DNA from: an uncultured Candidatus Saccharibacteria bacterium
Lineage (GTDB): Bacteria; Patescibacteriota; Minisyncoccia; Phycocordibacterales; UBA5272
Reading direction: 5' to 3'
Assembly (NCBI GenBank): GCA_964517625.1
Contig: CAZFBW010000002.1
Location: 25,893-89,892 of the forward strand
DNA: 64,000 bases
The notes under the pieces were generated by a model. The model was not told where the DNA came from and did no database searches. It saw only the letters and a list, made by a program, of their open reading frames with translations. The translations under genes were made by a program, and so were the position numbers. This document shows positions 9,905 to 19,362 of this stretch, one piece after another; position 1 is the first letter of the stretch; each line of letters begins with the position of its first letter.

Positions 9905-10363
9905 TTGTTCTCTGTCTGGAGGTGTTACGTGACTGAAAAATCCGACAAGGTGTATCCGCTTTCTGTTTCCAATCCCGACTCTGGCCACCTAGTTTGGCAT
10001 TCAGTACTTGACGGGAAGTATCTCGTCGAGGTTGTTCGTCCTGTGGTAGTACCTGAAGAACTGAAGATTGCTGTGCCGGATGAGGCACAGTTATCTTCCT
10101 TGCTTTGGTATTGTGGAGAATTGTTCATTTTTGAAAACGCCGAGCCACACACGTTGCTTCACAGGCAAGTTGTGCATCTAGCGTATGGGGCTCAGTTTGG
10201 TCCAGATATGAGTGATGTGTCATTGTGGCAAGATCTTTGCATTGCTTTCATTGACGGCACAATCGATGAGTTTTACATCAACAATCCGGAAATGAAAGAT
10301 TTAACTGTTGAGAGCATTGTCGAAGCAAAAGCCAGCCTTCTCAAAGTACTTAAGGGTTCTTGA
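9905..10363 (+). CDS. hypothetical protein
   Basis: 152-aa soluble ORF; no motif recognised. Confidence 0.35.
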   Translation: MFSVWRCYVTEKSDKVYPLSVSNPDSGHLVWHSVLDGKYLVEVVRPVVVPEELKIAVPDEAQLSSLLWYCGELFIFENAEPHTLLHRQVVHLAYGAQFGPDMSDVSLWQDLCIAFIDGTIDEFYINNPEMKDLTVESIVEAKASLLKVLKGS

Positions 10364-10381
10364 AGAAAAAATAAATATTTC

Positions 10382-10407
10382 AAAGCCGCTAAACAAGGCG
10401 GTTTTTT
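10382..10407 (+). terminator. hairpin plus T6 after the 9905-10363 ORF
   Basis: AAAGCCGC-taaacaag-GCGGTTTTTT. Confidence 0.4.
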
Positions 10408-10433
10408 CTTTTGAGCGGGCCCACAAGGATTCG
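10402..10433 (-). repeat. direct-repeat copy of the tRNA-Trp 3' end plus 3' flank (32 nt, identical to 10558-10589)
   Basis: TTTTTTCTTTTGAGCGGGCCCACAAGGATTCG occurs twice; this copy lacks the rest of the tRNA. Confidence 0.6.
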
Positions 10434-10502
10434 CCTCTCTCTTTGGTCGAGACTTGTAATTTCAACAGCTTGAGTACAAGCTAAGAAATTATGTCGCCTT
10501 CG

Positions 10503-10519
10503 GTTCGAATCCTTGTGGA
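10503..10519 (+). repeat. inverted copy of the tRNA-Trp T-arm/acceptor segment (GGTTCGAATCCTTGTGG)
   Basis: 17-nt exact reverse-complement match to part of the tRNA-Trp gene, 53 nt downstream of the tRNA 3' end. Confidence 0.55.
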
Positions 10520-10557
10520 AAATCCGAGCAAATGAAAAAAGACGCCGAGCAAGCATC

Positions 10558-10589
10558 TTTTTTCTTTTGAGCGGGCCCACAAGGATTCG
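10558..10589 (-). repeat. second copy of the 32-nt repeat; overlaps the authentic tRNA-Trp 3' end
   Basis: Identical 32-mer as 10402-10433. Confidence 0.6.
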
Positions 10590-10642
10590 AACCTTGGTCT
10601 GCGGTTTTGGAGACCGATATACTACCACTGTACTATAGGCCC
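10572..10642 (-). tRNA. trnW: tRNA-Trp (anticodon CCA)
   Basis: Reverse complement GGGCCTATAGTACAGTGGTAGTATATCGGTCTCCAAAACCGCAGACCAAGGTTCGAATCCTTGTGGGCCCG; loop CUCCAAA; 7-bp acceptor, T-arm CAAGG/CCTTG, G73; no encoded CCA. Confidence 0.8.
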
Positions 10643-10778
10643 GTGTCGGGTTATTCTAGCATATAATTGCCGAGATTAAACGATGTTCTTGTGAGTGTTA
10701 GAATTTAATGGTAGAGTGATTTTTGTCAGCACAACACCAACACGCTGACGTTGTACTTTGTTGGAGAGGGAGGACTAT

Positions 10779-10946
10779 ATGGGAAAACCATATACGATTC
10801 CATCATATCGGGAAGACCCGGCGTTCTACGATGATTGCATTCTAAACTACATCCGAGAGCTTGCATGGCTTGAGGATCAGGTGACGCTTGCATCAACGCA
10901 GAAGCCATCTCTTTCTGATTATGATGGCGAAACACCCGAGGAGTAG
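10779..10946 (+). CDS. hypothetical small acidic protein
   Basis: 55 aa from the ATG preceded by a strong SD GGAGAGGGAGG (unusual in this window); sits next to the tRNA-Trp repeat region. Confidence 0.3.
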   Translation: MGKPYTIPSYREDPAFYDDCILNYIRELAWLEDQVTLASTQKPSLSDYDGETPEE

Positions 10947-11027
10947 TTTATCCTCACACCTGTAGCCCAACGAGCGGCGCAAACGTGTGATGTTTACACT
11001 ATGCTTAATTTTCCCTCTAGGTTACAG

Positions 11028-11054
11028 ACCCACACGATTGTGTGGGTTTTGTGT
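11028..11054 (+). terminator. hairpin CCCACAC-gatt-GTGTGGG plus T-rich tail
   Basis: Seen directly in the 215-bp intergenic region. Confidence 0.4.
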
Positions 11055-11162
11055 TTTTGTGGAGTGCATAAAGCAGGTGTCCACACCTTGTTTCATTGTA
11101 TACTGGTACAAAACGGACAATCCCGTTTTCCTATTATTCTTTATTTACAATTTTAGTATTTT

Positions 11163-11684
11163 ATGCAAAAAGTATTTATAAGTTCTGTGCTCATAGCGGG
11201 AACATTCCTGGTTGTTTCCGCAGAGGAGGGGGTTCGCCCAACGCCAATTAATGCTCCAACACAAGCAGTGAGAGCAATTAAAGCAGTTCTTGCTACGAGT
11301 ACTCGTCCAGCAATGATGCTTGAAGACGGTGTTCCACTAACTGGTGACAAGACGGTTGATGATAAAATCAAGGCGCTTGTTAAGGCAAGAAATGAAAAAT
11401 TAAAAGCGGTTCACGATGCCTTCCAAGCAGAACTTAAGACTCTCATCGGTGAAAGAAAGTTGTTGCAAGCATCAACTACCCCAGCGAAGAGGTATGAAAT
11501 GCAAGACAGGATGATGAATGCATCAGGAACACCTGTTCGTCCTCCGGTTGCATCAGGAACGCCGATGCGTTTAGAAGATAAGCGTCCGCCAGTTCAACAG
11601 GCGCCCAAAAACATATTTAGGAGATTCTTTCAATCTTTTTTGGGGGTAAATCCTCAGGAATTGCAAGCAGAAGAAGTTCGCTAG
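11163..11684 (+). CDS. hypothetical secreted protein (signal peptide, Pro-rich C-terminal half)
   Basis: MQKVFISSVLIAGTFLVVSA signal peptide; 173 aa. Confidence 0.4.
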   Translation: MQKVFISSVLIAGTFLVVSAEEGVRPTPINAPTQAVRAIKAVLATSTRPAMMLEDGVPLTGDKTVDDKIKALVKARNEKLKAVHDAFQAELKTLIGERKLLQASTTPAKRYEMQDRMMNASGTPVRPPVASGTPMRLEDKRPPVQQAPKNIFRRFFQSFLGVNPQELQAEEVR

Positions 11685-11695
11685 TTTCTTTATAA

Positions 11696-11726
11696 TAAAA
11701 AATCTCCACGTCGTGGAGGTTTTTTA
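11696..11726. terminator. bidirectional terminator (A7-CTCCAC-gtcg-GTGGAG-T6) between convergent genes
   Basis: Hairpin flanked by an A tract and a T tract. Confidence 0.6.
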
Positions 11727-11728
11727 TA

Positions 11729-12358
11729 TTAGTGAGCAAGGGTAATCGCACAAATGTTGCGGTACCCAGCTTTTTCTAAGGTATGCTGTGCTTCATTAAG
11801 TGTGGCGTGCGTTGTGGTTGTGTCGTCAACGATGATAATGCGCGTATTTTGTGGGACAGTATTTTTGGCGCGTACCGCAAAGACACCGTGTACATTTTTT
11901 TCGCGCTCACTTCTGTTTTTTATTTTTGCTTGTTGGGGAGAGGTTCGTATTTTTGCAAGTAATGTTGTGTTTACTGGAAGACTGAAAAGGTTTCCGTATG
12001 CTTGCGCGATGTGGAAAGCATGATTGTATCCGCGTGACCACAGACGAGTAGTATGCATAGGGATTGGTACCAACAGCGTGTTTGTTGTGTCGCCGATAAA
12101 CTCACGCAAATCATCACCGCATGTTTCCTGTACAAGAGGGAAAATCAAATCTTTTCGGTGGTAGTATTTTATTTGATGGAGACACTGTTTGACCCGAGTG
12201 TCCCTGTAAGAATATGTCGTGTGGATAAAAGCGGGGGTTGTTTGTATAGAGCGCGATAGATTTTTTACACAATGCGCACATAAAGATTCACCTTGTTTGT
12301 GGCACAGGTAGCACGAGGTTGGAAATATAAAGGAAAAAAGCTTTTCAAAAATCCACAT
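11729..12358 (-). CDS. comFC: ComF family protein (phosphoribosyltransferase domain, N-terminal Zn finger)
   Basis: CYLCHKQGESLCAHCV zinc-ribbon; C-terminal PRTase motif IIIVDDTTTTHATL. Confidence 0.75.
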   Translation of the reverse strand: MWIFEKLFSFIFPTSCYLCHKQGESLCAHCVKNLSRSIQTTPAFIHTTYSYRDTRVKQCLHQIKYYHRKDLIFPLVQETCGDDLREFIGDTTNTLLVPIPMHTTRLWSRGYNHAFHIAQAYGNLFSLPVNTTLLAKIRTSPQQAKIKNRSEREKNVHGVFAVRAKNTVPQNTRIIIVDDTTTTHATLNEAQHTLEKAGYRNICAITLAH

Positions 12359-12409
12359 ATCACAAAGTATAGGGCTAAAAATATGAGAAACACAGTGTAT
12401 ACTTAGGGT

Positions 12410-13492
12410 ATGTTACTTTCTTTTAATAAAAGAGGCATTACTGATGCGATTGGACTTGATATTGGAACATCCTCTATCAAGGTTGTTCAGCTAAAACTTG
12501 AACGAGAAAGTATTGTCTTGGAAACGTATGGCGAGGTCGCTCTTGGTCCGTACGCTGGGCTTGCGATTGGGCAGGCAACGCAACTAGGCGATGAAAAACT
12601 TTTGGAAGCAATTGCTGATTTGTTTAAGGAAGCAAAAGTTACTTCAAGGAATGCAACACTTTCTATTGATTCTTCCGGTGTGTTCGTTTCGGTGGTGCGT
12701 GTACCAAAGGTGGCTGATGCGGAATTAAAAACCATGATGCCACTCGAGGCGAAAAAATTTATTCCAATTCCACTCTCGGAAGTGCAAGTTGACTGGTGGC
12801 ATGTTCCGCCGGGACCTGCTGAAAAAGCGTTAGGGGATGATGTGAATATAAAAAATATGGACATGGTTTTGGCGGCGGTGAAAAATGATATTTTGGAAAT
12901 GTATAACCGTGTTGTGACCAAGCTTGGGTTTGTTGGTACGGAGTTTGAAATTTCTGGCTTTAGTCTTATACGAAGCGTGGTTCCAAAATCAGACGGGCTC
13001 ATGTTGTGCGTGGATATTGGCGCAAACCAGACCACGATTAGCCTCATTCGGTCAAATATCGTTATTGACATGCACGTGTTAAGCAAAGGGTCTCAAGACA
13101 GTACGATTCAAATTTCTCAGTCGCTTGCCATCCCCATCGAAAGTGCGGAAGAGGTGAAGAGAACATTCGGTTACAATGGCGACGCAGCAAATCCATACCT
13201 CAAAGAAGTCATGGAACTTTCTAGTTATCCACTGTTTGGCGAGGTGGCAAGACTATCACTAATGTTTGAAAGAAAGTATAATCAGACTATAGAAGGAGTA
13301 ATCCTTGTAGGGGGAGGTGTGCGTTTACCGGGCTTTATGGATATGTACGGAAAAGTCGTACATGCACCAGGGCGTACCGGTGCACCGTTTGACCAAGTTA
13401 GAATCCCCGAGTTTTTAAATGACATGATGAAACAAGTCGGACCTTCATACGCAGTTGCCGTCGGACTTGCTCTCAAAAAACTACTCTCGTAA
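12410..13492 (+). CDS. pilM: type IV pilus assembly protein PilM (actin-like ATPase)
   Basis: GLDIGTSSIKVVQLK N-terminus; 360 aa. Confidence 0.85.
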   Translation: MLLSFNKRGITDAIGLDIGTSSIKVVQLKLERESIVLETYGEVALGPYAGLAIGQATQLGDEKLLEAIADLFKEAKVTSRNATLSIDSSGVFVSVVRVPKVADAELKTMMPLEAKKFIPIPLSEVQVDWWHVPPGPAEKALGDDVNIKNMDMVLAAVKNDILEMYNRVVTKLGFVGTEFEISGFSLIRSVVPKSDGLMLCVDIGANQTTISLIRSNIVIDMHVLSKGSQDSTIQISQSLAIPIESAEEVKRTFGYNGDAANPYLKEVMELSSYPLFGEVARLSLMFERKYNQTIEGVILVGGGVRLPGFMDMYGKVVHAPGRTGAPFDQVRIPEFLNDMMKQVGPSYAVAVGLALKKLLS

Positions 13493-13497
13493 ACCCT

Positions 13498-14226
13498 ATG
13501 GACGTATCATTTCAGCCAAAATCAACAATGCCGGAGGACGTAAAGAAGGGTCCTTCACTTGCTGAAATATTTTCAGGAATTGTGCACATGTATGTCGGTG
13601 ACAAGAAAAGCATTATTGCTATTTTTTTCACCGTCGTTATTGTTTTTGTACTTATCGGAATTGGCGGAATGATGGCACTCAACTCCTCGCTTCAAAGTGA
13701 GGTGTCTACGCTCAAAGCACAACTCGACAATAAAGACGGACAGGTCATGAAGCCGGCTGCTATTGCTGAAATCAAAGCACTTTCCGATCGTGTAAAGCTA
13801 GTTACACTCATTGTTAAAGGTCAGCCGTTTATGACGACATTCTTGAAGCTTTTGGAGTACAGTGTCGAAGATGACATTGTCTTTGAAAAAACCACGCTTG
13901 CGTTCATTAACACTCCAGGTAAGGGAGATACGTATGCTATATCAATTGATGCAAAAGCAAACAGGTACTCTGCTGTTCTTAACCAGTTCCAAACATTGCA
14001 AGAACAAGCACCATACAATAAGTTCTTTACAGAGGTACGCATGAATAACTTTGCTGTTGATAAGGAAGGAAAAATTTCTTTCAAGATAACAGGAAATGCG
14101 CTTGTTGCTGGTCCAAATCTCACCCCAGAGGAGGTGGAAAAAGAATTGCTTAAGGTTCTCTCTGTTGGTGAGTTGCCAACGAGCGGAGATAGTGGCACAC
14201 CAGTTCCACCAACTACACCACAATAA
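13498..14226 (+). CDS. pilN: PilN-like pilus assembly protein (single TM, coiled coil)
   Basis: N-terminal TM IIAIFFTVVIVFVLIGIGGMMAL then coiled coil; position after pilM. Confidence 0.55.
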   Translation: MDVSFQPKSTMPEDVKKGPSLAEIFSGIVHMYVGDKKSIIAIFFTVVIVFVLIGIGGMMALNSSLQSEVSTLKAQLDNKDGQVMKPAAIAEIKALSDRVKLVTLIVKGQPFMTTFLKLLEYSVEDDIVFEKTTLAFINTPGKGDTYAISIDAKANRYSAVLNQFQTLQEQAPYNKFFTEVRMNNFAVDKEGKISFKITGNALVAGPNLTPEEVEKELLKVLSVGELPTSGDSGTPVPPTTPQ

Positions 14227-14228
14227 CT

Positions 14229-14792
14229 ATGTCACCAAAATATTTCATTATCCTCCTCATCCTGCTCGCTGTGGTCTTGGTGCACCAGGTATTTATGCCT
14301 CTTTATTCTGGCAACGGTTCGACACTCTATCAGCCAGCAAAAGGGTATGTACAACTCAAACAAGAGCGTGCGAGTTATACAAGTTCTCTTAGCGAGGCGG
14401 ACAAGGTTATCGCTCAAGCAAATGAATTAAAGAAAAAATATGAAGGAGTCGACAAGGCAAATGTCGAACTTCTCAAGGCAATGGTTCCAGATAGTATTAA
14501 TGAAGTTAAGCTTCATAGTGAAATAGCCTCTATTTTGACGGCGTCAGGATTTTCTTCCGAAAAACTTTCAATCACTAAAAAGGGTGCATCATTAATACCA
14601 GGTATCGGGGTGTATCTCGTTTCTATTTCGTTGGAAGATTCTTCATATGAACGATTGAAAACTATTCTCAACACCCTCGAACGTAGCCGAAGAATTCTTT
14701 CAATAAAAAGTATTAGTGTAACCCCGGCTGCAAAGGTCGGAGAAATTTACAAGTTTGAATTAGGAATTGAAACGTTTTACATCATGAAGTAA
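14229..14792 (+). CDS. pilO: PilO-like pilus assembly protein
   Basis: Single N-terminal TM, coiled coil, C-terminal domain; position after pilN. Confidence 0.55.
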   Translation: MSPKYFIILLILLAVVLVHQVFMPLYSGNGSTLYQPAKGYVQLKQERASYTSSLSEADKVIAQANELKKKYEGVDKANVELLKAMVPDSINEVKLHSEIASILTASGFSSEKLSITKKGASLIPGIGVYLVSISLEDSSYERLKTILNTLERSRRILSIKSISVTPAAKVGEIYKFELGIETFYIMK

Positions 14793-14813
14793 ATAGTTTC
14801 TTTATACACCACC

Positions 14814-15152
14814 ATGCCACCAACCACTCCTACACCAACTACACCGAAGAACAACACCAGTAAACTGGTCATTGAGATTGTCGCAGGACTTCTTGTTCTT
14901 GTTGTCGGGTATTTTGGGTACACAATGTTTTCTGATAGTTCTGCTTCTACGCAAGCGGTATCTAATGTACAACTTGGTAAAAATTTATCTAGCTTTGCAA
15001 AAGAAAGCAAAGGAATTAGTTTAGACTTCTCAATTCTCGAAACAGCGTATGTTAAAAGTCTCGAAGACCACACACAAATCTTTACGTATTCAACAAGACG
15101 CGGTCGTTTAGATCCGTTCTTGCCTTATGATTCTACTAGACCTATTCGTTAG
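14814..15152 (+). CDS. hypothetical single-TM protein in pilus locus (possible PilP-like)
   Basis: Pro/Thr-rich N-terminus, TM LVIEIVAGLLVLVVGYFGY; overlaps the pilB start by 26 nt. Confidence 0.35.
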   Translation: MPPTTPTPTTPKNNTSKLVIEIVAGLLVLVVGYFGYTMFSDSSASTQAVSNVQLGKNLSSFAKESKGISLDFSILETAYVKSLEDHTQIFTYSTRRGRLDPFLPYDSTRPIR

Positions 15153-16866
15153 CCAGAATAAGCTCACCGATCTTGAGGCAAAAGAAATCGAAGCAGACCT
15201 TCACGACCACGAAGGGACAGTAATCGATGATTTGCTCAAGGCGAAAAATATAACTGATGATGATATTCTTCAGGTTCGTTCGGTGTTGTATGGCTTACCT
15301 ATTTTTTCTGGGAAAATTTCACAAGATGTATCGCTCACAAAATATTTAAATAAACAACAGTCTCGTCAGTTGATGGCACTTCCGCTTTCGATGGATGACA
15401 AGATGCTCTCCGTTGGTATTGTTGATCCAGAGTACGCGCACGTTCTCGACAGTCTTCAATTTTTGTTTGGACCATCACACCAGGCGTATAAGTTGTATCT
15501 CATTAGTTATCAGGTGTATAAAGACACGCTTGGTATTAAAGGGAAACAAGAAAGTCTTGCCGAACAAGTTGACGAAGAGGGGGATCAGTTGAGTTATGTT
15601 GCCAAAGAAGGGGACATCAACAAAAAACAACAGGAAGAGGAAGACGTTGACTTGTCCTCCGTCAACCCGGACCTTGACCAGGAGCTTACTAAGATGCAGG
15701 CGCCGGAGATTTTCAGCACCATGCTTCGTTATGCGATTGATAACGGTGCCAGCGACATCCACATTGAACACGTGGGGACGGCGGTGCGTGCGCGTATTCG
15801 TATTGACGGTGTACTCGATACCGCAACTACGCTTCCTGCAAAGCACCACTCTTCACTTCTTGCTCGTATTAAAATTCTTTCCGGTATGAAGCTTGATGAA
15901 AAACGAAAACCGCAAGACGGACGTTTTAGTACAAAAATCGGTGAACGCGCTATCGACTACCGTGTGTCGACATTCCCTGGGTATTACGGAGAAAAGGTGG
16001 TAATCCGTATTTTGGACAGTTATCGAGGTGTGCGTGATATTAAGACTATTGGACTTACGGAATCAAATATGGCTGCGATTAATGAAGCGCTCGGTGTTTC
16101 ATATGGTATCATTCTCATTTCTGGCCCGACCGGTTCTGGTAAAACAACCACACTGTATTCAATGTTAAACGAAGTAGACCGTGACCATCAAAACGTGGTT
16201 TCTCTCGAAGACCCGATCGAATATAACATGCCTTCTATGAACCAGTCTCAAGTGTTTCCAGAAATTGGATACACGTTTGCTTCAGGTCTTCGTTCTATCT
16301 TGCGTCAGGACCCGGATGTAATTATGGTGGGAGAAATTCGTGACGTCGAAACCGCAGAGCTCGCCATTCAAGCGGCGCTTACCGGTCACTTGGTGTTCTC
16401 TACCATCCACACCAACACGGCAATTGGTGTTATCACGCGTTTGCTCGACATGGGTATTGAACCGTATCTTATTGCGCCAACCATCAAACTCGCCATGGGT
16501 CAGCGTTTGGCGCGTACTATTGTGGAAGGGTGTGCTAAGCCAATGAACATGACTGCTGGACTAAAAACAATGATAGATAATCAGTTTAAAGATTTGCCGA
16601 TGACATATAAATCAAAGTTACCGCTCGATAAGCCGTTCCATGAAGCAGTTGCGTCCGAAAAGAGTCCGACAGGGATTAAAGGCCGTATGCCGGTATTTGA
16701 AGTGCTTACTTTTACTGAAGAAATTCAGGAAGCGGTAACACTCAGAAAAAGTGAAGACGAAATCTGGAAACTGGCTCGTGCCCAAGGGTACATGACGCTC
16801 AAGGAGGACGCAATCATTAAATGCATTGAAGGAAGAATTCCGTTCATTGAACTTGCGGCACTTTAA
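15127..16866 (+). CDS. pilB: type IV pilus assembly ATPase PilB (GspE family)
   Basis: Walker A GPTGSGKTTT, His-box, GSPII_E N-terminal domain; 579 aa. Confidence 0.9.
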   Translation: MILLDLFVSQNKLTDLEAKEIEADLHDHEGTVIDDLLKAKNITDDDILQVRSVLYGLPIFSGKISQDVSLTKYLNKQQSRQLMALPLSMDDKMLSVGIVDPEYAHVLDSLQFLFGPSHQAYKLYLISYQVYKDTLGIKGKQESLAEQVDEEGDQLSYVAKEGDINKKQQEEEDVDLSSVNPDLDQELTKMQAPEIFSTMLRYAIDNGASDIHIEHVGTAVRARIRIDGVLDTATTLPAKHHSSLLARIKILSGMKLDEKRKPQDGRFSTKIGERAIDYRVSTFPGYYGEKVVIRILDSYRGVRDIKTIGLTESNMAAINEALGVSYGIILISGPTGSGKTTTLYSMLNEVDRDHQNVVSLEDPIEYNMPSMNQSQVFPEIGYTFASGLRSILRQDPDVIMVGEIRDVETAELAIQAALTGHLVFSTIHTNTAIGVITRLLDMGIEPYLIAPTIKLAMGQRLARTIVEGCAKPMNMTAGLKTMIDNQFKDLPMTYKSKLPLDKPFHEAVASEKSPTGIKGRMPVFEVLTFTEEIQEAVTLRKSEDEIWKLARAQGYMTLKEDAIIKCIEGRIPFIELAAL

Positions 16867-16926
16867 GGCCTGGATAGACAAAGTTATTCAATTGCTCTCT
16901 TTGTATACACTGATATACTTCTTATT

Positions 16927-17985
16927 ATGAACTACGACGTAGAATTAAACGACATCATTATGACGCTTGTGAAGGAAAGCGGATCAGATGTCCATTTTAC
17001 TGTGGGAGCTTTTCCGACACTTCGTATTAATGGCGAACTTGTTCCACTTACAAGAAAAACAGAACTTGTCCCAGAAGATACAGTTGGATTTTTGCGTTCA
17101 ATGGTAAGTGAAAAGAAATTTACTGACTTTGTTGTTAAACAAGAACTCGACTTTTCATATGATCACGCAGGGGAATATCGTTTGCGAGGGAATGCCTCGT
17201 TCCAAAAAGGATTTATTTCTATTGCCCTTCGTTATGTGCCGAAAGTAAAGAATTTACAGGAACTTAATTTACCACCACAAATTTCTGAAATGGCGCGCAA
17301 AAAGCAAGGATTTTTCCTCGTGGTTGGTCCAGTTGGTCAAGGAAAGTCAACAACACTTGCTGCGATGATTTCTATGATTAACCAAGAATCAAAGCGCCAT
17401 ATTGTTACGATTGAAGATCCAATTGAATACCGCTTTGATCAAGATAAATCGCTTATTGAGCAACGCGAAGTCGGTATTGATACGGAAAGTTTTGGTACGG
17501 CACTTCGGCAAATTTTCCGCCAAGACATGGACGTGATTATGATTGGGGAAATGCGCGACAAAGAAACAATTAGTATCGCCGTGACCGCTGCGGAAACAGG
17601 ACACTTAGTTTTGTCGACACTTCACACCAACTCTGCAGCGCAAACTGTTGATCGTATTATCGATTCATTCCCAGCAGAACAGCAGGGGCAAATCAGAACC
17701 CAGCTCGCAGCATCACTTCTCGGAATTTTTTCTCAACGCCTGCTTCCAAGAATTTCTGGTGGTATGATTCCCGCGTATGAACTTCTTATCAATAATTCCG
17801 CAGTCGCAAACCTTATTCGTGAAGGAAGGACGCAGGAAATCGACGTGGTTATTGAAACAGGAACCGATCAGGGCATGATTGATTTCGATAGACATCTAGC
17901 AGAACTTGTTCGTAGGGGGGAAATTTTGAAAGACACCGCTCGTGCACACGCACGCAGACTAAACTTGTTCGATAGAATAATTTAA
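16927..17985 (+). CDS. pilT: twitching motility (retraction) ATPase PilT
   Basis: Walker A GPVGQGKSTT; 352 aa; PilT-type C-terminus. Confidence 0.9.
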   Translation: MNYDVELNDIIMTLVKESGSDVHFTVGAFPTLRINGELVPLTRKTELVPEDTVGFLRSMVSEKKFTDFVVKQELDFSYDHAGEYRLRGNASFQKGFISIALRYVPKVKNLQELNLPPQISEMARKKQGFFLVVGPVGQGKSTTLAAMISMINQESKRHIVTIEDPIEYRFDQDKSLIEQREVGIDTESFGTALRQIFRQDMDVIMIGEMRDKETISIAVTAAETGHLVLSTLHTNSAAQTVDRIIDSFPAEQQGQIRTQLAASLLGIFSQRLLPRISGGMIPAYELLINNSAVANLIREGRTQEIDVVIETGTDQGMIDFDRHLAELVRRGEILKDTARAHARRLNLFDRII

Positions 17986-17993
17986 ATTCCAGT

Positions 17994-19238
17994 ATGCTTT
18001 TCCACTACACCGCACTTGCAAAAGATAATACCCGTCAAGAGGGTGATATTGAGGCACTTTCTAAAGATGCTGCGGTGACAGAATTGCAGGCTCGTTCATT
18101 TTCTGTTTTAGCAATTGAAGAGAAAGAAGCTGGAGGGTTTGACATGAATGAAATAAGTAAGTTGTTTAAGCCGAAAATCAAAACAAAAGAGATCGTAATC
18201 TTTTCACGTCAGGTGGCAACCCTCTTTGAAGCGGGTGTGCCCGCACTTAAAAGTTTTAGATTACTTGCCTCGGAACACGAAAATCCGACATTTAAGGAGC
18301 AGTTGGTTGGCGTATCTGATGATATTGAGGCCGGAACATCGCTTTCGCAGGCGCTTCATAAACGACCAGAGATTTTCTCACCATTTTTCGTAAACATGGT
18401 GAAGTCTGGTGAAGAAAGTGGAAAATTAAATGACGTTTTCCTTTTCTTGGCAGATTACATGGACCGCGAATATGAATTGCGTCAAAAGACGAAGAAAGCA
18501 CTTACCTATCCGATATTCGTTGTCGGTACCTTTTTTGTAATTATGAGTGTTATGTTCATTTTCGTTATTCCAAAAATGACAGCACTTTTCCTAGAACAGG
18601 GTGCCGATCTTCCAACGGTGACTAAAATTGTGATTGCAATTTCCAACTTTTTTGTTGATTATGCAATTATTATCTTTCCGGGTATCATTGTCGGACTATT
18701 TTTCTTTAATCGCTGGACCAAAACCGAAGAAGGGGCTTTTAAGTTCGATAAATTTAAGATTGAGGCTCCGGTTATTAAGAACCTTACACAAAAAACTTTC
18801 TTGGCCCGCTTTGCGGACAACATGAATACGATGCTCACGAGTGGTATTCCAATTGTGCGTGCTATTGAAATTACTGCAGACGTTGTGGAAAACGCATACT
18901 ATCGCGACATGATGCTTCGTGTTGCTGGAAAGGTGCAGACGGGTACAACCTTTTCCAAGGCCCTTGCTGATGAAGATAACTTGCCAAACATTTTGATACA
19001 AATGGTGCGTATTGGTGAAGAAACTGGAGAATTAGGGTATATTTTGAAAAACTTGGCAGTGTTTTATAAACGTGAAGTGGAAAATGCAATCGACGGTATT
19101 ATCGGTCTTATTGAACCAGCCATGATTGTAGGTCTTGGTGTTGCGGTGGCAATTCTCGTTTCGGCAGTACTCCTTCCAATGTACAGTTTGTCAGACTCAA
19201 TTGCGCAGATTGACGTTATTCTCACCTTGTTTGTCTAA
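17994..19238 (+). CDS. pilC: type IV pilus platform protein PilC (GspF family)
   Basis: Two repeats of GspF domain; 414 aa; polytopic. Confidence 0.85.
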   Translation: MLFHYTALAKDNTRQEGDIEALSKDAAVTELQARSFSVLAIEEKEAGGFDMNEISKLFKPKIKTKEIVIFSRQVATLFEAGVPALKSFRLLASEHENPTFKEQLVGVSDDIEAGTSLSQALHKRPEIFSPFFVNMVKSGEESGKLNDVFLFLADYMDREYELRQKTKKALTYPIFVVGTFFVIMSVMFIFVIPKMTALFLEQGADLPTVTKIVIAISNFFVDYAIIIFPGIIVGLFFFNRWTKTEEGAFKFDKFKIEAPVIKNLTQKTFLARFADNMNTMLTSGIPIVRAIEITADVVENAYYRDMMLRVAGKVQTGTTFSKALADEDNLPNILIQMVRIGEETGELGYILKNLAVFYKREVENAIDGIIGLIEPAMIVGLGVAVAILVSAVLLPMYSLSDSIAQIDVILTLFV

Positions 19239-19362
19239 AAATAGGAAAATAGGCAAAATATGGTTTTTTGAGATATCCACATATTTAGCCTTTATTTATT
19301 GCGGTTAGGTTTGGTGGGGGGTATACTTATAAGTATCTATTTACAAGATAGAATAAAAAATT

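Noticed and set aside
10987-11181. 64-aa ORF in the intergenic region before the secreted protein gene
   Set aside because: Hydrophobic low-complexity translation overlapping a terminator hairpin and promoter region; it is unlikely to be coding.
11754-12259. Two + strand ORFs inside comFC
   Set aside because: They are antisense to a motif-supported ComF/PRTase CDS.
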